Positions 58,214 to 64,000 of a stretch of 64,000 nt of DNA are shown here, piece by piece. The stretch's first letter is position 1. Each line of letters opens with the position of its first letter. The stretch lies in the IMG/VR virus record IMGVR_UViG_3300050343_000139; one strand, given 5' to 3'. Source of the stretch: an uncultured virus (IMG/VR IMGVR_UViG_3300050343_000139) (Duplodnaviria > Heunggongvirae > Uroviricota > Caudoviricetes). The notes beneath the pieces were generated by a model, which saw nothing but the letters and a program-made list of their open reading frames with translations, was not told the origin of the DNA and did no database searches. Position numbers and translations under genes: made by a program.

Positions 58214-58546
58214 CTAATTCTTAGCGCCACCTGATTGTTCAACGAAATCGTCTAAACTCATTCTAGAGCGTGGTCTTCTTCTTCCTCGTATTTGGTCGAG
58301 TTCCTTTTTCCACCAACCTTTAGGAGGCTTGGTAGGGTCTTCTGAGGAATACTCTTCACCATTCATAAAAGCGTTATACATAGGTGCATAGAATATAGAT
58401 TTATCTACAGGTAAATGAGATAAGTTGTTCATAAATTTTCTCCATGGATAATCTAGTGGGTTATCAATGTTGTAAAATCTTAAAAAGTCTGATTCTACTG
58501 CTCCCCATTTAGAGATTATATCTATATAGGAGAAACTTATTTTGGG
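58214..58546 (-). CDS. tail assembly chaperone, -1 frameshift extension (gpGT-like)
   Basis: -1 frame is open from the slippery site: PKISFSYIDIISKWGAVESDFLRFYNIDNPLDYPWRKFMNNLSHLP... Confidence 0.85.
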   Translation of the reverse strand, partial: PKISFSYIDIISKWGAVESDFLRFYNIDNPLDYPWRKFMNNLSHLPVDKSIFYAPMYNAFMNGEEYSSEDPTKPPKGWWKKELDQIRGRRRPRSRMSLDDFVEQSGGAKN

Positions 58547-58896
58547 CCGTCTTCGTCTCCTTCTGACTCGACAGTCTCTTCATCTTCAGAACCTATACCG
58601 TATTCATCTAAAAGCCAATTTAAAAGAGCTTCAAGCTGTGGCCATGTTGCTCCCCCATCAATGATTTCGTCCATTAATGTTTTTCCCAATAAAGATTCAA
58701 GCCAATCTGGTACATAATTACTTGGTAATCCTCCATCTTCATCCATGAATCTCATTTGAGCAAGAACTACTCTTGCGGGAATTTCAGCTGATACGCTATA
58801 TTCTTTATCGTTTAACTTAAAGTTAAGTTCACCTTTGTCTGCTTCCTTTAAGGCAGCATCAAAGTCTTTCATTTTTTGTTCGTCAGGCATCCTCAC
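58537..58896 (-). CDS. tail assembly chaperone (gpG-like)
   Basis: Between the major tail protein and tape measure; acidic C-terminus ending GPK. Confidence 0.85.
   Translation of the reverse strand: MRMPDEQKMKDFDAALKEADKGELNFKLNDKEYSVSAEIPARVVLAQMRFMDEDGGLPSNYVPDWLESLLGKTLMDEIIDGGATWPQLEALLNWLLDEYGIGSEDEETVESEGDEDGPK
58540..58546 (-). promoter_or_regulatory. -1 ribosomal frameshift heptamer C CCA AAA
   Basis: X XXY YYZ immediately before the TAA of the chaperone gene. Confidence 0.85.
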
Positions 58897-58924
58897 CTCT
58901 CCTATAATCCATTATTTAATTTAT

Positions 58925-59584
58925 TTAGTTAATGTCGAATACGTCACTATCGTTTGTATTGTCAACGATTCTAAACAAGTCAGTAAACTGATTTGTTGAT
59001 TGTAACGCTTTTGGTTTGAGTACTTTAAACTCAACTGCTATTACGACTTTCTGTGGGGCTTTTTGATGAGCCATTGAGAAAGCTCCAACGTTTACAGAAC
59101 GTGGAATTTCTACATGTCTATCTGCTCCAGCAGGACCATCTACAATTAATAACAATGATTTTTCATCAAAGTCATCAGTTGCTGGTGGTTTCAAACTATC
59201 GTAACCAGTCGCGTAGTCAGTGGTATCATTCTCTGTGAATGTTCCGCCGCCTAATGCAACTTGTAAGTTAGTCATACCAGACTGAGCAAGCTCACCTGTT
59301 AGTCTAACTTCTTGTGCTGTCTTAAATGTAGCAATTGGGTCTATTTCTTCAGCAACCATTATGTCTTCAAATGTTTTATCCATTTCAAGAGTCCAACCGT
59401 CTTCTGAATATCCTACGTCTACCCAGCCTGAAGCAGGGTCAGCCCATGCTCCAGAACCATTATCTGCTGGAAAGGCTACATAGTCGCCTCCACCTGCAGT
59501 ATTGCCATCATTTGCAATGGCAGCTACGTAAAGTACACCAGTTCCGACAATAACTTCAGATATTGTACCATTTGTACTTGGCAT
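58925..59584 (-). CDS. major tail (tube) protein
   Basis: G.G.LY.A, W.DVGYSEDG, position in the morphogenesis order. Confidence 0.88.
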   Translation of the reverse strand: MPSTNGTISEVIVGTGVLYVAAIANDGNTAGGGDYVAFPADNGSGAWADPASGWVDVGYSEDGWTLEMDKTFEDIMVAEEIDPIATFKTAQEVRLTGELAQSGMTNLQVALGGGTFTENDTTDYATGYDSLKPPATDDFDEKSLLLIVDGPAGADRHVEIPRSVNVGAFSMAHQKAPQKVVIAVEFKVLKPKALQSTNQFTDLFRIVDNTNDSDVFDIN

Positions 59585-59597
59585 AATTTATCTCCTG

Positions 59598-59906
59598 TTA
59601 TTCTTCTTCGCTTATACTATCTTGCAAGATACTCTCATCTTCATAAGAGTTCTCATTGTCAGCTTCCCACGGAGCATCATCAGTTTCATTGTCTTCCGCT
59701 GAAGACTCTGAATCAGCTTCAATAAGTAAAGGATAAGCATCTCCTTTGAGATACCAATTTTTTTCCTTTAACCTATTCCAGTCAGATTCTCCAATCTCAA
59801 CCGCATCATCTTGAGTAAAAATATAACCAGACACTACATCTCTCGCTTTATTGCGATTAAATAGCGGGTGTAATTTTACCCAAACTTTATTATTTTCATT
59901 TTTCAT
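59598..59906 (-). CDS. hypothetical protein with acidic tail
   Basis: 102-aa ORF within the operon. Confidence 0.7.
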   Translation of the reverse strand: MKNENNKVWVKLHPLFNRNKARDVVSGYIFTQDDAVEIGESDWNRLKEKNWYLKGDAYPLLIEADSESSAEDNETDDAPWEADNENSYEDESILQDSISEEE

Positions 59907-59913
59907 ATCTATC

Positions 59914-60396
59914 CTATACAGCTCTATAAGTCATTGCCAAAGCGAATGAATATCTTCCTAGTCCTGTTCCAACTTCCTCAATTCGAGTAGGGAACTGAAC
60001 TACGTCAAAACCATAAATTTTGGCTTTAGTACTGGACGTATCCGTTACTACATACCCATTAGCATAGTTGAATGCAGCTTGAATCGTAGCATTTGCTAAA
60101 GACATTGCTGCACTGTAATCTGCAAAAGGCTTATCATTACTTGAACCACCCCATCTTCCTGCATATGCTTCCATTGGAAGTAGTGCTGATTGTATATGAG
60201 CTTCACTTCTAGGATTAATTAAAGCTCCACCAGCTCTAAACATGACTAAAAAAGGTAAGTTTGCATTTCGTGGAAGCCTTGTGGCAATATTAGTTCCACA
60301 TATATCTGTTATTAGAGTTTCATTTAAAGCCCACTCTCTTGCAATAATCTCTGCATCAGGTGGTACTAACTGGCTTTGGTCTCTAGTATTTGGCAT
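59914..60396 (-). CDS. tail terminator
   Basis: PPDAE, LP....LPF....RAGG, RY.F pattern; upstream of the major tail gene. Confidence 0.8.
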   Translation of the reverse strand: MPNTRDQSQLVPPDAEIIAREWALNETLITDICGTNIATRLPRNANLPFLVMFRAGGALINPRSEAHIQSALLPMEAYAGRWGGSSNDKPFADYSAAMSLANATIQAAFNYANGYVVTDTSSTKAKIYGFDVVQFPTRIEEVGTGLGRYSFALAMTYRAV

Positions 60397-60412
60397 AAGT
60401 TTATGTTAACAC

Positions 60413-63400
60413 CTAAAATCCTGCAAATGGGTCATCTAGGTCTAAATCATCATACTCGTTTTCTGCATCTTCTTGTCTCATTCGAGTATTAAAAGCATCT
60501 GATTTGAGTGCTAGGCTAGCTATGTATCTCTGTATCCCTACTAGTGTTGTATCAGGCGTAAACGGAACTCCTTGAGATATAGAAAACTCTTCATGTCTTT
60601 TTCTAGCATGTTCAATGTAACCCTGTTTTAAAAAGCCTTTACTCATTACAAGCTCTGTTGCATCTACTACTTCTAAGTAAACAGTCTGTTTATTTATTTT
60701 TCTACCATTCTCTACAGCACCAATAACTTGAGAAAATGCTTTTTCTTGTTTTTTCTTAGTTTCTATTCCTCCAATTTTTTTAACTATGTCATCATAAACA
60801 ATATTTCCAGAGGTAGGAATTAATCCATTGTCGTCTATTGGTCTAGGGTCTCCAGCTCTGGCTTCATCTAAACTTGAGCTTCTAGGAGTTGAACCTGATT
60901 TTTTCTTTCTTTTACCACTAACATTAGGTAAGTCACTAGTGTCAACGTTTAGAGCATCATCACGAAATGCACCAAGTGTGTTAAAGTTAGTTTGAATTTG
61001 ATTCCTAATTTCATCTGGAGATTTAATTTTCATTTTTCCAGATGCACCGTATTCAACAGCATCAACATCCAAAATTGCTCTTAAGTGAGCTTTATCATTA
61101 AGTAAAGCAACGAAATCTCTAAAAGTTGGTTCACCATCTCTTAATCTTTTGACCATTCTTTCATCGACTTCGTCAAATGTTGTTGTGGTAGCACTTTTTC
61201 TTTTACCTTTGCCCATTCCCATTTTTCCAAATCTATCCATATGTTGTAATAAAGCACTAGCAATAGCGTCAGCATTTCCTATTAGTGACATTATGTCTTC
61301 ACCTCCACCAACTTGTGCAATACGTGCTCGAGCCACATCGAATGCTTCAGTTACTGCTTTGTGAGCTGCATTATCAAGTGCTACTTCATCTACTGAGCCT
61401 TTTGCCATTTCTCTAAATTTTTGTTTAAAAGTAAATATAAATTCATTTCTTACTTTTTCGCCCTGAGCTATTAGTCCAAGTTGAGAAAGTTTTCTTGTCG
61501 CCATATCAGGTGCTGCCTCAAGTACGTCATCACCAAGGTCACTTAAAATTAACCTATCTAGGTCAATACCATTTCTAATAAGTGAATACGGAGCAACATT
61601 GTAAGTTTCACCATCTACTTGTGTATACCTTCCTAGCTCTTTACCCTTCTCTCTAAATAAATTAGATGCTTGTCTTTCTACTTCAAAGAAGTTACCTTTT
61701 GAACTACCTCTGAAATCAAAATCATCAATAGCTTTTGCAAAAGGCTCCCTGTTAATATTATTTGTGCTTTTTTTAATGTAGCTGCTTCTGCCACCAAAAA
61801 TAGCTGGAGTTAGTATGTCATCTAAAATTTCTAAGCTATTTGTATCTATACCTATATCTGCTGCACTAAGTATTAAATTTCCATTCTGAGTTTTTAATGC
61901 ACCTGCTTTATTTGTTTTAACTGTGGCAGCTAAGTCGTCTAGTACCATTTTGGAATCTCTGGTTGCTGTTGCTGAAGATATTTTCATAGCTATTGAAGCA
62001 TCGTCTTTTAAAAATTGTGTAGAACCAGACAAACTGTTTCTATCCATATCTTTTTTAAATTTCTTGCTATTCATTAAGATACCAAGGTCAGAACCACTCA
62101 TTCTAAATTTTTGACCTCTTGATACTCCTTCTCCTAAACCTATTGTTTTTGCTGCATTCATTGCACTCCTATAGATAAACAAACTGGGAACAAAAGTAAA
62201 CATATCTGTTCTTTCATGTAATGAACCTCTTTTATCTGTAGCAGGTCCTCCGAACTCTATTTGATAAGCATCTCTTTGATTGTCAGCATATTTGGATTTG
62301 GCTGTCTTGCCACCAAAATCAACATAAAAAGAGATAAGACTTTTCTTATTTTTTAAATCTGGCTCAAGTGAATGTATAGCTCTTTGTATGTGACTTCTGG
62401 TGGGTACGTAATTATGACGTTGTCTATTTGCAGTAAATGTGGTGCTAACAGTACCACTTATATTTATGTCTGAATTAGGTATTTCAACTTTTTTACTTTG
62501 GTATTTCTTTTTTTTAATTTGTGTAGTTTCTACTAGTTCTACTTTTCCTGGTTTAGACCTAGAGGATGGTCTAAAAGACTTTAAGTCTTCATCTGATATA
62601 TCTCCATCTACAAAGCCATCTCTGACCCATCTTCTTCTTTTGGTTGTACCCTGAACAATTAAGTCACCTCTAAGTTTTCTTGCAGCTTGTCTAACTTTAC
62701 CACTCTTGCTTAAATCAGTTCCGTTTCTAGCTTTCTCTAAAAGTGTGCTTGCAATTATATATTGAATTTGACCTGACTTCAATTCTGCATGATTAGTTAA
62801 TGGTGTATTTTTTATAACTTCTGACGCAGCTTTCATCATTTCTCCTGCTGCTCCAACTAATTCTTCATGAGTAGCATTTCCCGCTGCACCAAAACCATAG
62901 GTCACTCCTTGTCCTTCTACTAAAAAATCAAAATACTCCTCGTCAAGTGAATCTACAAGGTTGTCTAACTCTTTTGCTGTCGTTGTTGCTGCTGATGATA
63001 CAGTTACTTGACCCTCTTCAGATGTGTAAGATGTTGTTTTTATATTGTCTGGATGATGTATTTGCTCTATGTTTTGAGGCTTTCTTACTTTTGATGACAT
63101 AATTTCATCTAAGTCAGCCTTTTGTATTAACTGGTCTATTTCTTCAGGAGTGTAATTTTTTGTAGAATAAGCAGAAAGTATATCATCATGTTTTCTTAAA
63201 TCAGCAAAACTTTCATCTCCTCTTAAAGCTTTTTGAGCTCTGGCAGTAGCATATGGGTCTGGAGCATTTGCTACAGCAAGTGCATGTGTACTTCTTTGCC
63301 ACTTGGTTAATGGACTATTAATTTTTGTTAACTCTCTCTGCATAGCCATGTCCATTCTTTTAGGATTAATTTCTAACTTGGCTCTAAATAAAACTCTATC

Positions 63401-63739
63401 CATATATGAAAGAGCTCTCTTTGAAGCTCTACCATAGGCTACATTCATAGCCCTACCGCCAAGTCCACCAATGTCAGGAGCAAGGGAACTAAATGCACTA
63501 TTCATAACTTTAGCTGCACCCTTGAAAGAAAAACGTCTAGCTACAGATTGACCTTCTCCATTCATTTGTCTTATAACTGCATCTTTGGTGTTACTTGTAT
63601 CTAAAAAGTCATAACCAACACCACGTATTTTGCTAGTTTTAATTCCTGTGGCTGCCCCTATGTCACCACCAATTTTAAGACCCCTATATAGTTTTTCTTT
63701 AGGTTGTTTTAATTGTCTTGAAGAGCTAAACAAAGCCAT
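60413..63739 (-). CDS. giant (1108 aa) protein in the neck/tail-completion slot
   Basis: Lies between head closure and tail terminator; internal IEFGG...PSLFIYRSA weakly resembles HK97 gp10-like proteins. Confidence 0.7.
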   Translation of the reverse strand: MALFSSSRQLKQPKEKLYRGLKIGGDIGAATGIKTSKIRGVGYDFLDTSNTKDAVIRQMNGEGQSVARRFSFKGAAKVMNSAFSSLAPDIGGLGGRAMNVAYGRASKRALSYMDRVLFRAKLEINPKRMDMAMQRELTKINSPLTKWQRSTHALAVANAPDPYATARAQKALRGDESFADLRKHDDILSAYSTKNYTPEEIDQLIQKADLDEIMSSKVRKPQNIEQIHHPDNIKTTSYTSEEGQVTVSSAATTTAKELDNLVDSLDEEYFDFLVEGQGVTYGFGAAGNATHEELVGAAGEMMKAASEVIKNTPLTNHAELKSGQIQYIIASTLLEKARNGTDLSKSGKVRQAARKLRGDLIVQGTTKRRRWVRDGFVDGDISDEDLKSFRPSSRSKPGKVELVETTQIKKKKYQSKKVEIPNSDINISGTVSTTFTANRQRHNYVPTRSHIQRAIHSLEPDLKNKKSLISFYVDFGGKTAKSKYADNQRDAYQIEFGGPATDKRGSLHERTDMFTFVPSLFIYRSAMNAAKTIGLGEGVSRGQKFRMSGSDLGILMNSKKFKKDMDRNSLSGSTQFLKDDASIAMKISSATATRDSKMVLDDLAATVKTNKAGALKTQNGNLILSAADIGIDTNSLEILDDILTPAIFGGRSSYIKKSTNNINREPFAKAIDDFDFRGSSKGNFFEVERQASNLFREKGKELGRYTQVDGETYNVAPYSLIRNGIDLDRLILSDLGDDVLEAAPDMATRKLSQLGLIAQGEKVRNEFIFTFKQKFREMAKGSVDEVALDNAAHKAVTEAFDVARARIAQVGGGEDIMSLIGNADAIASALLQHMDRFGKMGMGKGKRKSATTTTFDEVDERMVKRLRDGEPTFRDFVALLNDKAHLRAILDVDAVEYGASGKMKIKSPDEIRNQIQTNFNTLGAFRDDALNVDTSDLPNVSGKRKKKSGSTPRSSSLDEARAGDPRPIDDNGLIPTSGNIVYDDIVKKIGGIETKKKQEKAFSQVIGAVENGRKINKQTVYLEVVDATELVMSKGFLKQGYIEHARKRHEEFSISQGVPFTPDTTLVGIQRYIASLALKSDAFNTRMRQEDAENEYDDLDLDDPFAGF

Positions 63740-63741
63740 AG

Positions 63742-63999
63742 TTATTCTCTATGAAGCAAGCTTAAATTTTTATAATATATTCCGCCATCTCTTTTTCTAG
63801 CTTCTGTAACACTTTGTATTTCATAATATTTAGTTCCGTCAAATATTCTATCTGAAGCTTTTACGTCAGTATTTCCAGGAACTACACATCCAAAAGTTTG
63901 TACTACTGTGTTTCTTCCGTCTCTATTTTCTGATTCACTTGTTTTAATTAACCTACATTTGACAGCTGAAGAAGTATTTACCCAAGAATCTGATTCAAC
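63742..63999 (-). CDS. head closure/head-tail joining protein (partial, 3' end)
   Basis: Own translation ...W......VKCRL...P.NTDVKASDRI.DG...YEI.SV...; SPP1 gp16-like pattern. Confidence 0.7.
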   Translation of the reverse strand, partial: VESDSWVNTSSAVKCRLIKTSESENRDGRNTVVQTFGCVVPGNTDVKASDRIFDGTKYYEIQSVTEARKRDGGIYYKNLSLLHRE

Positions 64000-64000
64000 A

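Noticed and set aside
17223..62654. Numerous plus-strand Ser/Val/Pro-rich ORFs and alternative-frame Val-rich ORFs
   Set aside because: Shadows of acidic, Gly-rich or Thr-rich minus-strand genes caused by codon bias.
1..64000. Stop-codon reassignment, introns or inteins
   Set aside because: Genes are full-length and tightly coupled in the standard code; no intein or intron signatures were recognised.

Overview
A 64-kb segment of an AT-rich, long-tailed (siphovirus-like) phage genome. The host is most likely a low-GC aquatic actinobacterium such as Acidimicrobiia or Ca. Actinomarina; this is inferred from the ferredoxin, holin, tail chaperone and AGAAAGG ribosome-binding sites. There are four blocks. 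(1) 1-4303 (+): DNA-metabolism and hypothetical genes (DUF932-like end, SSB, ParB-like) plus an 80-nt RNA that looks like the tRNA-like domain of tmRNA with no tag reading frame. (2) ~4300-13800 (-): an early-type cassette of small acidic, membrane and Cys-rich genes, two COOH-NH2 (amido)ligase paralogues, a class II glutamine amidotransferase, a DEDDh exonuclease and many intergenic RNA structures. (3) 13850-15156 (+): putative packaging site and an isolated terminase small subunit. (4) 15150-64000 (-): the late arm, running from head closure, a giant neck-slot protein, tail terminator, major tail protein, frameshifted tail chaperones and tape measure, through a hub protein whose LamG domain is split by a lysozyme, ~22 kb of modular fibre and Gly-rich adhesin genes, a sulfotransferase/APS-kinase/nucleotidyltransferase trio and lysis genes, to a large acidic surface protein, Cys-rich micropeptides and a ferredoxin. 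All calls come from motif recognition by eye; no searches were run.
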